Part shown: positions 1-16,667 of the stretch, piece after piece
How positions within the stretch are numbered: position 1 is the first letter of the stretch
How the letters are laid out: each line of letters begins with the position of its first letter
Source of the DNA: Yuukianura sp. NJ FZ-2021
Lineage: Eukaryota
Direction of reading: 5' to 3'
Assembly (NCBI GenBank): GCA_046563655.1
Contig: CM102290.1
Location: 8,122,001-8,186,000, forward strand
DNA: 64,000 nt
Program-made: the position numbers and the translations under genes
The notes under the pieces: model-generated
What the model was told of the DNA's origin: nothing
The model's database searches: none
The model's input: only the letters and a program-made list of their open reading frames with translations

Positions 1-190
1 GCATTAGTTTTCTTCTTGTAAAATACCACGGTAGAATTTCTAATGTGTTGTCTTCGATGCATTATTTTTTTTTTTTGTAAAATACTACGGTAGAATTTCT
101 AATTTGTTATCTTCGGTGCATTTTTTTTTTGTAAAATACGAAATATCACGGCAGAATTTCTAATTTGTTGTATTTGACGCAGTAGTCTTT
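1..190. repeat. Degenerate tandem repeat, ~60 bp unit x3 (may continue left of the window)
   Basis: Unit gcatt..ttttgtaaaatacYacggYagaatttctaatKtgttRtcttcg recurs at about 1, 59 and 118. Confidence 0.85.
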
Positions 191-477
191 TTTTTAAATA
201 AGTTTTTTTTCTACTTCTTCACTTCTTCAATTCTTCACTAATTCCTACCACATGCATTGAAGTGCCAGAATTTGCGTATAATGATATCTATAATGCGTGT
301 GATGTAATAATCTTTGCACTCGTTTTATGATATAAATGAGATAGAATAATTAATATGTTTTATGTACTGATAAATAACATATAATATTATAATATTCAAC
401 ACAGCATTTAGGTTCCCTTTATTCGCGTGTTACTATACTGTAAAGCAATGAAAATACATTTTTGTTAAAAAACAAAA

Positions 478-561
478 TCCCCATCATGCCCCAAATCCCC
501 ATCTCCGATCATGGGGAAAACCCCATTAATCCCCAATAGGGTGGGGGTCATACTAACACTG
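478..561. mobile_element. Probable terminus of a hAT-like non-autonomous DNA transposon
   Basis: Clustered CCCCA/TGGGG subterminal motifs ending in ...actaacactg (reverse complement CAGTGTTAGT, a hAT-like end). The other end is not seen. Confidence 0.35.
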
Positions 562-3500
562 GTTTATGTATACTGCTGCTTTCAATAAAAATTAATTAAA
601 ATGTAGAATCAATAAATGGATACACTTTATTTAGTCCAGCTGCTTTCTAAAAGATGGAATCTTGTCAAATGAAATAGTATTGTAACAACTTAACTGCTAA
701 CTCACTTTCTCCAATGACATTGGACATAAAAATTAAATCTTCTGTTCAAGAATCAAGAATCCTTTTGTTTAGATAACCTCAACTGAACTACGTGCAGCAT
801 TTATAGCCCTTTGGACTTTTGCAGCTCAAGTGCCAGTTAAAGTTGATAAAAGGTCACTTCCAGGAAAAACTTTTACTTCCGGATTTACGTCTCAGATAAA
901 AAAATAGAACAGCAAATCTTCACAGCAAAGGTTTATGGGAGTTTTAGAGAATCTATGAAAGCCGCCCTCACAATAACTTGCTTATGCTCATTTGTTTGAA
1001 CAGTTCTTAAGCTTCAGGCAGGCATTCTCCAATATACCTTTCCACACTTTTCCCACAAACCAACTCTCTCTCAAAAAAATTTCAAGGAAAAAGTCATAAG
1101 TTTCACTGCCAAAAATATGGCACACTTTTCATAAAAAGCTTAATTTGAACTACACTCAACATTTACTTAAGAAAACACCTGGAAAACTTTTGTAACATAA
1201 AAGCTATCGTCAATTTATGTAGAAAAATGATGTTTCCATTAATATTTAGAACTCGTAAGTATGCGTGTATGAAAGAACTAATAAAAACAGGCAGTTATGT
1301 TTTTTCAAATGATGTTTCTCTTTTTATGCTTTGAAACCATCAAAACAACAGTTGTTGTGATACATCGTATAGTGAAGAAAGTGTGCTTTCTGTGGTATTG
1401 GCTCCTTTGTATTACTTTGTTTCGTCATTGTTGAGACCTGAAATCTCCCTTCTTTGAATTGTAAGCCAAAGGGAAGGTTGGGAAATGTTCCTTTAGATGG
1501 CTTCCATTTTCTACCCATAGTACAACTCTACTGAAAATCTACAGTAAAAGCAATTTCGGATTGTGTATTGACTCCCTTCAACAAATCCCTTTGTCCGAAA
1601 TCTTCCTTCTCACTTTCTCCCAATGGACCAATCTTTGTAATTCTCCAAGAATCTATTTTATACAATTCCCAAATCAAACTTTCTCTTCAGCTTCAAACTT
1701 GCATTTTTCCTTGCCAACTCCAATCTAGCCTAAACCATTGGCCTCTGCCAGGGAACTACAGTCAAATTCCAGTAAAATGAGAATTGTAACCAGAGATAAC
1801 CTAACCACAGTTAGGCTGAACGTCAGCAACTCTATAGAGAAATGAGTTTAAATTTTTGTTTCAAATATTTGACCTTGGCCTCTTTCCTGGCCTAAGAATT
1901 CCAATTAGTTAGAAGGTCAAAGGCTATTTTCGTTTTAAACAAAAACTTGTTGAATTTAAATTTACTGTATGTTAGAATGACTGTGTTGAACAGAAAAAGT
2001 AATGTAAATGGCGACAATACATACATTGAAGGTCCAACACCCCCGAGGTTGCATTCTGTTCGATTACACTTTCACTTTGTGTAATGAAAACAAAAGGGCG
2101 AGAGAAAATGGAAACGAAATTTAAAATTAGGATGCGCTCCATCGCTAGAGTTATTTCATCATAATGTGTGTTTTGTTTTAACGTTTGATTAACTTCATCA
2201 TCCCTGAGCTTACTTATATCACTACTACGCAACAACCAGAAGAACTATAAGCAAAATGAATGTTTTTCAGGAATCGGTATAGCTGATTTGATGTTCTTCG
2301 GTGGGAACTTTCAAAAGTTCCTGGATATTATTTTACAAGTGACAGGATATCAAATGAAGGGAAAATGAATGAGGAAATGTAGGATCTGAAAGGAACGCTC
2401 GCGCGAATTATTAAAAAGCAGCAGCAGCGGGGCAGCCCGAAATTCCAGAGCTTTCTCCCGGATTCCATCTTTCTCATGTGCTACCTAAGTTTTTTATGGA
2501 ATCTACTTTTTACATTTTTTTAATCTAGACTTTTCTTTAAGAATGGATCCGCACTGACAAAAGGCAAATTTTTATATACAACGGAATTATTCAGAGAAAA
2601 GTAATCAAAATTTTGAGAATTCCCAAAAATCAGACAACTTCTAAACAATGTAGGCGTTCCCAGCGTCACTCCTCGGTTCGAACACATATTAGAAAATTAA
2701 GAACACCTCAGTTTGAACATGAATAACGGTGAACATGAGTGATTGATGAAGAAAGTGGCGTGCGAGACGGGTGGTGTGTTCCCTTTCTTAAAAGAAAAAA
2801 TTCGGCGACGTTACGTTCTGCTTAATCGAAGAAAATGTTGAAAAAAGCAATGCGTTTTTAATTTTAAATCCTTGAGTGAGAAAGCACAAAGGTTTTCATT
2901 TTTGAAATTTCGAAAGTGAGAATCAAGGAAAACGTTACAAAAAACAACAAAGATTTAGAACTTGATTGAATTTTGTTTTGTTCTTTGGCACGCTGCTTAT
3001 TCACGAAAAACGTTAAAAGAATGCTAATGTACCCACTTGTTATTTCAAGTTAGTAATTTCTTAAGTGGTCAGGCATGACTTGTTTATTTCGTGTTTCATT
3101 CATTCCCTCCAACTCACAATTAAAGTAATACTTGTCAGTAGCCGGCACATGAAAAGTTAGGATAACGTAAAACAAACCTTGAAATTTTAAGAACTTATTT
3201 AATACATTCGAGGTAAAGCACAAAATTGAAAAGAAATTTCTTTCGCCTTCTTTTATGAGTTGCATGTTTCACCCATTGTACACCTAGTTCCAAAATGTTA
3301 GAAAGTAATTCCAATGGAATTTCTGAAAAACCAATTTGTCTTTTTCGGAAAAAGTGAAAAGAAAGCTAGAATTCATCAACGCCAACGACTTCTTCCCATT
3401 CCCACTCGCAACCCCTACCCCAAAATTTCTTTTACCTTGCCCGAAAAGACTTTCTCCTTAGACTCCGCACTTCCGCCTCATTCATTAACCTAACCTAACT

Positions 3501-6500
3501 TTCAAGCTCTTACACAATTATTGATTTCAATCATACCTCTAAATGAAAAATGTTAAAAATTGCGAAGAGAAGAAATTGAAATCTTTAGTTTCCTTTTCTT
3601 TTCTTCTTTGTATGATTTTTTTTCAATCTCTTTTCACACTGGAATTTAATTTCTAGATGGTATGTAGTGATTGTAGTGAAAATTGAAAATAGCGGAAAGT
3701 AGCGGAGATGTAAGCTCTCCATAGTTCTGACTTTGACTTTTTTCTTAAAGTAACACTTCCTTGGAATCCTAGCGTCGTTCACATTTGCCTTACTATTGAA
3801 AACTCTTTTTGGCCTGATTTTTTTAAATACTTTTCCAATTTCAATTTCATCATAGGAAACATGATTTCCGTCATTTTTGAATTCTTCCTTTCTCTGTTTT
3901 TTCTTTCAAAACCACTCAGTTAGGTTACGTAGGATCACCACTTTCTCCATTGTGTCTGTGTAGTTCAAAAAATTCACAGCTAAACTCAGAAAAGAAACTT
4001 AACTAAACTAACAAAGTTTGGAAAAGAACTAATTGAGTTTCAATCCTCTCACGGTCTTTAGTATCTTCCAACAAAAAGGAAAGTTTGTGCTTACAAAGAA
4101 CATACAACTCCAAAAGCCCTGCTGACGTCATTCTCTCTTACTTCAGTTCAATTGTTCCACTATGGAGACATGGAATTGGCAATGGAACTTGCTACATTGA
4201 CTCAGCGGAGCGTAACTTAACCTACCCTAATAACAATCCTCAAGGCAACAAGTTGACCTTGGCCTTTGTTCCTTCGAACTTTTTAGACTCTCATCTAACT
4301 AAGCATTAGTCTTTTAATATACCATTATTTTCTTAAGCGGCGTAAGTCACAGTATGGACGTTCACTTGAATGCACTTCAGTGCATCCAATTTCTAGCGTT
4401 GTTGGATGATTGTAGGTTTTAAGGGTCACTCCAATCCAAACTAAATTCGGAATTCACAGATCTGAAGACTGAGAACACAGGCAAATTTAGTCAGCTGGAA
4501 TCCGTTCCAATTTTGTGTAGTTGCAGTTTTAGTTCCTAGAAAAAAAAAACCTAACGAGCCTAACTTTCATCTCTCCACACGGATTCAAAAAAGGAGAAAA
4601 GTTGAACAAATTGGGCGGAGTGCACGATGCAGGTTTGTTTCTCTAGGGCGTCCAGGAAATGGCTCCAAGGTGACATGCTACTCCCCTATATACTTTCTAA
4701 AACTTTGTCACTTTCAAAATGTCGCGAAGTTTCAAAGTAAATGGAAAGGAAAAGAAATGTTTGTTACAAAACTTAATTAGTTTTCCAGAAGATACTGTGG
4801 CACGGCACAAAAAATCTTAGTTAACATCATGCAGGCTGTGGACTTTCTGCTGCATGGTAAAGTCGACTTTTAGTGAAAGTCACATAATTTTATGGAAACT
4901 TCAACTTCTACGGGCATGCTTTTCCAAATTAAGGAAAACTGACACGGTTAACTGCATCAGAAAAGATGAAACGACGAACTGCGATTTCTAGGTTTGTAAT
5001 TTCTTATTACCCTTTTTAATTCCTTATATATTTTAAATGCCTTGATTTTAAAAATCCAGCTTTCACTTAAAGTCATCAAGGAGACAGGGAAAATCATGGA
5101 AAACCGTCAAGCTTTTTTTAAAGGTGGAAGAAATAGTAATTATCAAAAAACTAATTAGTAATTTCTTATGAAGGATAGTTGTAACGAAAAATGTCAAATG
5201 GAAAAAAATTAGTTTCAATCTGATTTGACGTGCTTTAGAAATGTGAGCTGTCTGCAACACAACTTCAAAAAGAATTGGCCAACAAAGACCCAGCATTTCC
5301 CTAGAAATTTCTGCGGCTCCCAGAAGGATCAAAATGATCAAAAGTTTTGTTTGGTGTCTCTGGATGCTGTTTGTGTCTGAACAAATAGAAACTTTGCACT
5401 TTCCAATGTTTGTAAATCACATTGATTTATTTCAAAATTTAACTAAAGGTTTGGGGTTTTCCACAGGAATTGAAAATGATATTCCACAACATATACCAGT
5501 TAAACTTAAAATCCCCTTGTGAAATGGTTTCTTTTTACTTTCAACTTTTCTTTTCCGAAAACTAAAATCCCCAACAGCGTGTTCGTGAATATCAAAGTGA
5601 AAATGGTGAACAAAATAGTTTACTTTATTTCCAGTAAACTTTTCGAGGACCAAAAAACGTCATGGGAGAAAAAGAAATTAATGAGGAACTAAAAATAGTG
5701 TTCAAAGAACCCTTAAAACTTTAAATCTAACCCCTATCAAATTCTTACCGGGAAACAGCGTGAAAGAAAGTCACAAAAAAGTTTGCTGAAATCCAGGAAC
5801 CTGATAGTAATGGATTCAGTTGGATAAAATTAGCAAAAAAAAATTTTTTTTTTTGAAAAATTAAAAATGGAAAATTGGGAACCTGTTGCGTTTTTGTTGC
5901 AAATTCCTAGAACAGTATCATGCTAGGATTGAAAAAATAGGAACTTACCTCTGTCTCCATGATTAGGTTTTTGTCAGATTAACTTTTGGCGAGTTAAGCC
6001 CGGATGTTTAGCAAATGTGGGTCGCGGGGGCGTGAAATTATTCAAAGCACACCAACCGTTTGAACTTTTGGCGGGAAGTTGTAAGAGAAAGGGCAACAGT
6101 TTCAAAAATACGTTTTAAAAAGGAGAAAATGCCACCATAGGAATGCCGTCCTTTGTTGAGGGTTCCTTTCCCTTCTTTCTTGGTTGAGGATTAACAGCAC
6201 CTACTTTCTCCTGGACTTGGATGATGTGGTAGACGAATTGAAGCATTGTGAAGTGTAGCACGTAAAGATTTGTTCTGTAGGCGAGAAGATGTTTTTCGAA
6301 TGATGGGCTTACAACGATGACGGTGGTGGTGAAATTCTTTCTTCCTGAAAAGTCTTGGCAGTTAGTACTGTTGGACAGGACTGGAGGCTACTAAGAAAGT
6401 ATTGGATTTACGAAGAAGAAAAGCACTTTCACATTCCCATCTAATGTGCCAAGAAGGGAGATCAAGATCTGGACCTTCGAGCGGAACAAATGATCGATGG

Positions 6501-7964
6501 GAAACTGGGATGCTTTTGTCATAGGGTTTCAAAGGATTTGGATCAGACAAAGTACTAATGGACGCACCACAGTGAAAGTTGCTTAAATTTTAGTCCAAAA
6601 AATTGACAGTCGTCCTTAAATCACTGAGTTTTTCTTCCACAAGCTATTTTGGATCTTCAAAATGTTTTTCGAATTTTGCTAATTTTTGACTCAGGCTAAG
6701 CCAAAACAATAGCTTAGCGGTAGCAATGAAAAGAGAAAGTAGGGGGATCTTGACAACTTTTTTTTTCTGAAAGTTCTGTAGGTGTTCAAATACAATTGGA
6801 ATGGCAAGGGATGGATTCTAAAATTGTAGTGGCTTTCTGGATGTGTAAAACGTCAAAGTGTTCCTGTTAACGCTTTCGCCTGTTGAGTCCAACTGCAGAA
6901 ACACTTCTGGAGCTACAAGTTTTGTAGTTGTGCGGTGAAAGGCCAGCAGGAGCCAAGCATTGCTTCTCTCAGTGCTTCCCCTTACGTCTTCTAGAACATT
7001 TTCAGCAGTAGCCGTGGCACTAGGAACCAGAAAAAGCCTAACCTGAGACCAGAACTCGGAGGCCCATAAGTGAAAGCACAAAGTTGGATTTTAGAAGCAG
7101 GGAAAGTGGCTTCTTCAGGTTCAGGTTAGATTTTCAGCAGCGGCATGTGATCCGTCACTCGGTATAGAGTTGCCTGCCACCAAATCAGCAGACGCCACTA
7201 CCAAAAACGTTGTGTCACCAGTTGGTCCAGCAGTCCAAACCTAAAGCATAGGCTAACGTAACACATCCCTAGCGAAAAACCGTCCTCCGCTGACATTTCA
7301 ATTCCCATGAGGTCAACTGGTGGAATGGAATTTTAGGCCTACCTTTAGATGTTTTCTTTGAGTCATAAACCATTCCGACCACAACATACTAAAAGCCTTT
7401 GAAATCCTTGGCTTAATTCTACCATTCAAGAGTAATGGAAGGTGCTTGACCTGGAAGTCGACCTTCGGAAGTCACGTGGAGGTCATCAAGTTGACTTAAT
7501 ATGTGGTTCCTGTACTTTGAGCAGGAAATGTTAAGAATGAATAGAGAAGTGTTGCGGGATATTAGCATTTCAAAAACTTAATAAATAATAGAAATGGAAA
7601 TGTGGCAGCGTCTGAAGTTCCAGAACAAGTTTAAGTAAATAAACACACGGGTTAGGCGTCAGCAACACTTTAGCAAGGACTTCTCCTAAACTCTTAAACA
7701 CTCTGGTGAAAATTTTGCAGAATTTTGAAAAGACTTAAATGATAAATGGTTCAGCTCCTCGTGCAGAAGTTGGAAGCACAATTAAATATACAATTAAATA
7801 CTGTCAATGAAACAGTGGAAATAGTAAAAAGTTAACTTTTAAGTAGAAGTTTCCACGAGTAGTCACAAACTTAAATTGGTGACGTAGTAAATGATCACTT
7901 AGAAAAATAAAACTTTGCTTGTGTGTGTGCCAAAACTGAAAAAATTAAATTTAAACTTTTAGTA

Positions 7965-8670
7965 AAAGTATACCGATGTTCCCTGTCATTTCGCTCAAAA
8001 AGTTACTTGCGAAGCAAATTTCTCCGAATGAATTTTGCCGCAGCCAATTGCCTCGAAAAGTGCTTTAGTCCAAAAACAAATACTCCAAAACGCATTACCA
8101 CGAAAGTAGAATTACTGGGCAGGTCGAACTACTGAGAAAACTGAATTACTTGAAAATTGGATTGAAGCCGAATTAGTAGTACGAAGAAAAACTGACTAGA
8201 ATTTCTACTAGAATCACGTACTATTTCTGATTTTCTGAAAAGTTTTTGACCATACTCTTCAGACCACTGATTACGAAACTCAAAAAAGAAAGTTAGTCGC
8301 GAGTGGAAGTAGTATTGTTTTCCAAATTTTGAAACTGGGAAATTCCCTAGAAGGACATATGCACTGTTTTAAAGCCGAAACGTCATTCTACGAACCTGAT
8401 TTAACATATTTTAACAAAAATAAAAAGCCAAAATCTATTTTGAAAACTTTTTTTTAAAACTAAATTCAACTTTTCGGTGTAATCTGACTTTCTGAATAAT
8501 TCTACTTTCGAAGTTATGTACCTCTACGCAGTAATTCGATTCGGAAGTTGTTTGGTTTCAGAGCAAAGTAATTTTCGGAGTAAGTGGACTTTCAAAGTAA
8601 TACGATTCGTCGAAATTCATTCGGAAAACATGGTTTCGCAACAATTCATTCGGCGAAATAGAGTACTATT
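7965..8670. mobile_element. Foldback/MITE-like element with repeated CGAA subterminal motifs
   Basis: Inverted pairs: ccgaatgaattt (~8024) vs aaattcattcgg (~8613); cgaaagtagaatta (8101) vs taattctactttcg (~8497). Ends approximate. Confidence 0.6.
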
Positions 8671-11600
8671 AAGTGTATGTAACAATCATCGTCACATTTT
8701 CTTAACTTCCACGAAAAATCAATTATTCAAAAGTAATATCCATAATCCATACGGGTAAGTAACTTTAGTATCCAAACTTTTTTTTTCTCATTGTTCCTTT
8801 ATTGAATTTCCTTAATATATAGTTGTTGACACGAGTTATCAATCATCAACGTTAGAAAAAGTTACGACTGCGACTATATTTCATTTGGTCAACTTAATTA
8901 ATCTTTAGTAGGGTCCACATCCAAAACCAAAAGTTTTTTTTTTGTAGAACTGTGATTTATTTGCTCTGCATTACACCGTCACAACTGAGGAAAGTTTTGT
9001 TAAGTTCAGCAGGAAAGTTGCTGCCAAAATGAAGTGGCCAATTCCACGATGATTTCTTTTTCGTTATTCTGTAGTATAAAAAAATGATTAATTCAGCTTC
9101 GACATTGAAATAGATGCAAAACATTTCTTGTTGATTGTCACATCAAGCGAAACAAGACTAAAAACATTCTAATTTTCATTCTGCTGAATGAACTTTCCCT
9201 ACACTAGAAAATATCTTCACCAAAAATGTCAGAGTTATTAAAAACAAAAGCCTTACGGTCATTGGCTCACCACTTTGCACGTCATCCAATTTCGTCTGTC
9301 CAGAAACAAAGAAAACAAGCGCCAGAGTTAGGAAGCAACGCAGTTTCTGCATTCCTGGAACTGAAATTTCAGTGAAATTGTTTAATTTCCTTTTTGTTTG
9401 TTTGGTCCAGTGGTGGTGGGGTTCTGGTGGGGCTTGATAAGACCGCCTTTGTCCTTCTAGGGCTACTGTTAGAAATTGAATCCGTTTACATTAGAGAGCT
9501 TAGACGAGCAAACACCCCGAGTCCCTTGAGCACGGGCACTTTCTCCATGGAGAGTCATTTTGACAAGGAAATGGATCCCACCACTTCCGTTGTACCTGTC
9601 AACTCCAAATCAGTTTTCTTTAGTCCATCAATACCTATAGCAATGGTCAACATTTATTTCCGAAATGACCTCTCAGCTTGTTCTCGTGTATGGTTAGGCT
9701 AGGACTCATTTGATTTTGGTATAGTAAGAAGTGAAAAGGCTGTTCTACAAGTAATTTTCTTTGGTTAGCTGTTAGAAGGAAAGTTTTATTCGTTCATTTC
9801 CAGCATTACCCAATTTGGATTTAGTTTGTGAGCAGTTATACCAGCAGCAGTAAGATGATGGATGGCCTCTTAACGGCTTCTGCAGATGAAAATTTTTTAT
9901 ATGAGGAACAGGCGCTGTTCCCATAATATGATCACGACAGCTTGTTCTACTCCCAAAGTTTGAATGAACTTGAAAATGGACTCTTAAAACCCCGAACAAC
10001 TTTTGGTGAGAAGTTTATCTGTTTTTGGCTGATGACGAAAGAAAGTGGATGATGAACTGTTGTAGTACGGGCACTTCCAAACGCCGTTTTCGGGTTCCAA
10101 TTTAATACGGATTTAAACAAGCTTCTGTTGGATTTTAATCCCTTCCAGATTAACTTCGCTTACCTTTTCACTTTTCTCTAGAGGAAATCCAAACATAAAT
10201 AATTAAACGCTGTGCAAGTCTCATTAATTTTTTTTTGGAATCTATACTTCATAAAATTCGGATTTTAGTACCACAAATTAAGCTCAAGTCAAAACAGTTT
10301 ACGTCAATCAAGAATTCTGAAGTTTAATAATCCCAAAAGATTATATGGTTATAATTGCATTAGTGTGGGTTTTTGATCTAACCTTCGAATTAGATTACAA
10401 AACGAATTCCATGCGAATATGAAAAAAAAAGTTGTCGTTCGAATTTTTTTTTTTCAAAATTTCGAAAAAATTTAAAACCCGAGGAAATTTGGTCTTCACT
10501 GGCAATTTGTTAGACGCTATACAGTACACGAGCGCATCAGATGGTGTAAATGAACTAATTTTTTTTAAACCCCAGATTTCCACAAGTACTACATTATATG
10601 TTCTACCGCAAGGATTATTCTTTTATGCTTAAGTCTTAAGTTTCTTAATTATGAATTTTGAGATTATGTATTTTAGTAAATAATCTTTTAATCTTCATAA
10701 TGCTTTGAAGTGGAGTGTTAAATCCGGAAAATGATTGAAGGTCAAAAGCGTCACTGAAGAAGGCATGGTGCAAGTGACACATTTTGGGAAAGTGAATGTA
10801 GAATAGAAAGTGATCTTTCTTCTTCTCTACAACAGATATCTATGATGGAAGGATTCAATTGAATTAGACATTTTGAAATCTGGCATCCCAAGTAATTGGA
10901 TCATTGATTTCTGTAGGAATTTGGATCTGGGGCAGTTGAATCTACGCTGGCAACCAAAACAAAAAGACGTCTAATTCTCAAACTTGTAATTAGAATTACT
11001 TGTTACTACTTGTTATTACTTAATTACTTAGATAACTCGTTACCTAAAACAGTACCTACCTTCCAACGTAATGCTTTTTAACGCCATTGGTTTTCGTAGA
11101 AAGTTTACTAACACTATTCACTTTCCAATCAGACGGGGAGGGGGTGACGATAACCTTGTTTTCTATAGAAAACAAGTCAATTTGTTTTGTGTTAAACCTA
11201 TGGTTTAGCCTTGTGTTTTTAACGAAATTAAAAGTGAAAGTCAATTATAAATTAAATCCAAACGCCCACATTCCACTCTCAAGGGCCCCTTGAGACTTGA
11301 TTGATCTTCTGCTGTTGCTGCTGATTGCTTGTGCATCTCTGCTGCACAATCAAGTCAAGGACAGCCGATTTTCATGTAGGTACTCAGTGTTCTACGTTTT
11401 AATACGTTTTTTACTCTTTCACTTCGTCGTTACCGGTTTTGTACAGATTTTGAAAAAGCTGAACCAAGCTGCATGTTCATCATGTAAGCCAAGAGAATCC
11501 AAAACCTAGAATCTCGAAGCCTTGTAATGCGTCTCAGTTTACATTTTATTGTGTTTCTAAAAACAATCAAGGCCAAAGTCAAATTAAACTCTGATTCACT

Positions 11601-12203
11601 ATTTAATTAAATGTGTGATAGTAAAAGTTCAATGATCGGATCACTTAACAATTGTCTTTTGAAATTGAATCTGAACTGCGTTTCAGAAGAAAATTAGTCC
11701 AGTTGATATTAAAGCGATCGCATGGATCTTACAGAAAATGGAAGAACTTTGGAAAATTAATCAATTAAAAAATTACGCGCACTTTGTATAAAATTAATTT
11801 TAAAAGTTTTGCCTTTGATAAAATCTAAGAATAATGAACAAGCGTAGCACCAAGAATACCTTGATTCTAATTGATGATGCTTCGTAATTACGTAAATGTG
11901 ACGTTGAAAACTGCTGATATCAAACTCTATGAAACGCACTTGATTAGAGCGCTCGTGTTCCTATAGTAGATTCTGTTTTTTAACTTTAGCTTTAAGAAGA
12001 AATTCTACACGTGCCCACTTGTCAATTTAATCCATTTAAAAAATCTCAACTTTAAAAGTGCTTTTCGATGGAAATTAAAAAGAAAAAAAATCGAACAAAC
12101 GCTGAAAACAGTAACGTGGAGTTACTTATGTTGAGGGCGTTGATTGCAAAATTTCTTTTTGATTTTCCACGTGCTCAAAATGCTCCGAAAACCACTAGAA
12201 AGC

Positions 12204-12520
12204 GGTTTCATTCCATTGCCCCGAACGAATTGCTCCGAAGCGCATTGTTTCGACTGTAAATTGCTCCGAAAGTAAGGTTCCTCCGGAAATAGTGTTATAC
12301 GCTCACCTAACCTTGTGAATTGTAACACATTCACACTTAATATCACGATAGCCTAACAAAACCTAACCTTATGATTCCTAATTTGACATAAATTTAACTA
12401 AAAGCACATTTGAGTTTACTTAATTTTGATGCAACTGGTCTTGCGAAGCAATTTAGGCTTCGGAGCAATTAGTTTGGTGACGTTTCATTCGCAGCATTTC
12501 ATTCGGGGATATGAAAAACC
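12204..12520. mobile_element. MITE with attgctccgaa/ttcggagcaat inverted subrepeats and a central AACCT motif
   Basis: Begins ggtttc and ends gaaaaacc; aattgctccgaa on the left vs ttcggagcaatt on the right; acctaacc motifs at ~12305 and ~12361. Confidence 0.6.
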
Positions 12521-12976
12521 AAACGTCGTCTGTCTCGATGAGATGGACAACTCTTATGAAGGTCATTTTCTATGTTACCGGAAATGAAAGCGGTTGATTT
12601 TGACCTTTGACCGGAAATGTTGAGCCGTTTCCGAGATGATTGTCGTACACGGACGGACGCCCGGCCAGGCAGACAAGGTCGATGCACAAAGTAGCTTTCG
12701 GTACTTAAAACGAATAAGTCAAGACAAGAACTTTAATGAAAGTAACAAGTATTAAATAAATAAGTTTCAACGACTTTCCCTTTGAAAGTGAAAGGGAATA
12801 CACGAGTGACTTTCCCTTTACTTCCTCCAATGCAATAATTTTGGAAAATTCAGTGGAGGTTTTACACTTCAGCCAGAAGTGTCTAAGGGCTTTTCCGTTC
12901 ATTCCTTCGTCGCAAGGCATCCACTTCATAAAGAATTTAGGAAAAATTAATTAAATTAATCCATCCAAACGGGTCC

Positions 12977-13619
12977 ATGTATTAAATTGGCCAAAAAGTG
13001 AAATGACCGCAAAAAATACAGAAAAGAAATGAGCCTCAAATAATCTGGAGCTCTTTTGAATTCTGGCTGTTTGACTTTCACTCATTTCATTTCTGGCAAA
13101 TTTTTTTTGTCATTTCATCTGCTACGCTCCGACCAGTAGGGCCACCCCCATGTGCTCCCGTGTATGTTTAGTTTGTGACGTAATTGTAAAGTAATCTCCA
13201 AAGAGACTTTTTAAGTCCCAATGTAGACCTTCCTACCAGAACTGGTCACATAACAAATGAAACTTCAGTTTATTTCAATTCTTAAAACACTAGTATGTAG
13301 CAGTGTAGTAGAAGATTTTTTCAATTGAAACTCCGTTTTTCAGTAGACAAAATTATTGCATTCAATAGACAATAGAAGCAATAATTATTGCTTCGATATA
13401 GTTTGCTAAATAGTTTATGTTCTTTTTCCGCTGAAGTATGCATATTATGTATTTAACTTATTTTTCACTTTCATACGATTCTTAGAAAGCAGTGAATTTT
13501 AAAAACGGATTCTGAAAAGTGGCGGATTGTATCGAAATACAACCAATTCATACATTATAAAACATTTTAATTTGAGTTCATTTCTGTTTCTTTTGGCCAT
13601 TCTGGTCTATTTAATACAT
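12977..13619. mobile_element. MITE-like element with imperfect terminal inverted repeats
   Basis: Left atgtattaaattggccaaaaagtgaaatga matches the reverse complement of the right end tcatttctgtttcttttggcc...tatttaatacat. Confidence 0.5.
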
Positions 13620-14772
13620 ACATTTGCTTGACAAAATTTTCTGATAACAAAAGGAAATACATTACACATTGCATTTGCAAATTAAAAAGAATGTTTACTT
13701 CTACAGCTTCAATTTTTTAAGAAAAGGAAAATTTTTCGGTTTTGACGTTCCTCTGGCTTTTATGCGGTGAAACATTAGTGGAAGCTTTATAACGGAATCA
13801 GTAAGCGCTGCGTTGCCACACTGAAACGAAAAATGTATTGCCAACATTTCGTTAAGGAAAAAGTGAAAGTTTGTCTTCCCGTTCGATGTAATGTGCGATG
13901 TGGATGGGTGAAAGTTTAAGTTGAGGAGTCATTATTTTTTTCCCCTTTACAAAATTTTTTCTATAGAGTCAAAGTCAACTATTAATTAATTTGACACAGC
14001 TAAAGCTTCACTTCAAAAATGTAAAGTTTGATTTTGAGTAAAGGTGGGAAAAGGATCTCTTTTGTGGTGCATTTTTTTTTTTAAAAAGTAGGTGAATGTG
14101 AAAAGTTTTCAGCTACCTTACGTACTAGTGAAAGCCAAAATTTTTATTTCCGCTTCACTTTAACAAAACTGATGCCATTTTTTTTACTTTGTCAACTTCT
14201 GGAACCTTAGAAAATTTATAGTGGACTCGCAGAAATATAGTACACCAATTGTAATGTGAAATTTATTTGAAAGCTGATTTTTTTAGTTTAAACTAACTTT
14301 AACTAATAAAGTTACTAATTATCGCACAAGCGTAGTCGCATACTCAGTAATTTCAAAAGCCGGTAGTTTATAAAGACAGTCGTGTAGCCCTTAATTTTAA
14401 CAATTTAATTTGTATCTAACAATCTCGATTATTAAATACTATATAATTAATGAAATATCATGAATGATTAAGTTAGTACCACTTTTTTAACTGAATTTTG
14501 TTTAAAGTTAGCGTTCGAGTCCGACGCCTCCTCTATTTGTCACTGCACGCATTGTTCTGAAATTTGTCTTTTGGCGGCGCGAAAATTTGAACTATTTTTG
14601 AAATAAGATTTTGTGGATTTCAATTTCTCTCTGCAAATTTTAGGATTTGAATTCGCAAGCAGCAATTTAGGGCCTTGCCTCTTTAGGTTCTCTGTACATT
14701 TAGCGCTTAGGTTGGTTCATCAATTGGTACTTTTTCGATTGTTTTAGCAGCTGAAACTATTTGCTATACACA

Positions 14773-16422
<1,650 letters not shown>

Positions 16423-16667
16423 TTAATTCACTTCCTAATTCACTAAACAAAGTTCATTAACAATCCTGAAGCATATGGTTCAGCGGAACCACAGTAGTTT
16501 GGTGCCCCAATCATAAATTATCCAACTCAATAAATTCGATCCGTGAAGTTATCAAAAACAGTAACTTTCAAGGTTAGTAACTAATTTAGTAAGCATTAAT
16601 TTCGTTCAAACCATCTTGGTTTCGAGGCATTACCGAAGTTCCACCCTCATTTCACTTGGACCAGAAC

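Noticed and set aside
1..190. Regularly spaced repeats resembling a CRISPR array
   Set aside because: Whole units are repeated with no unique spacers, there are no cas genes, and the context is eukaryotic.
5943..6050. ACTTACCT resembling the U1 snRNA 5' end
   Set aside because: Downstream sequence does not match U1; it is better read as a minus-strand splice donor.
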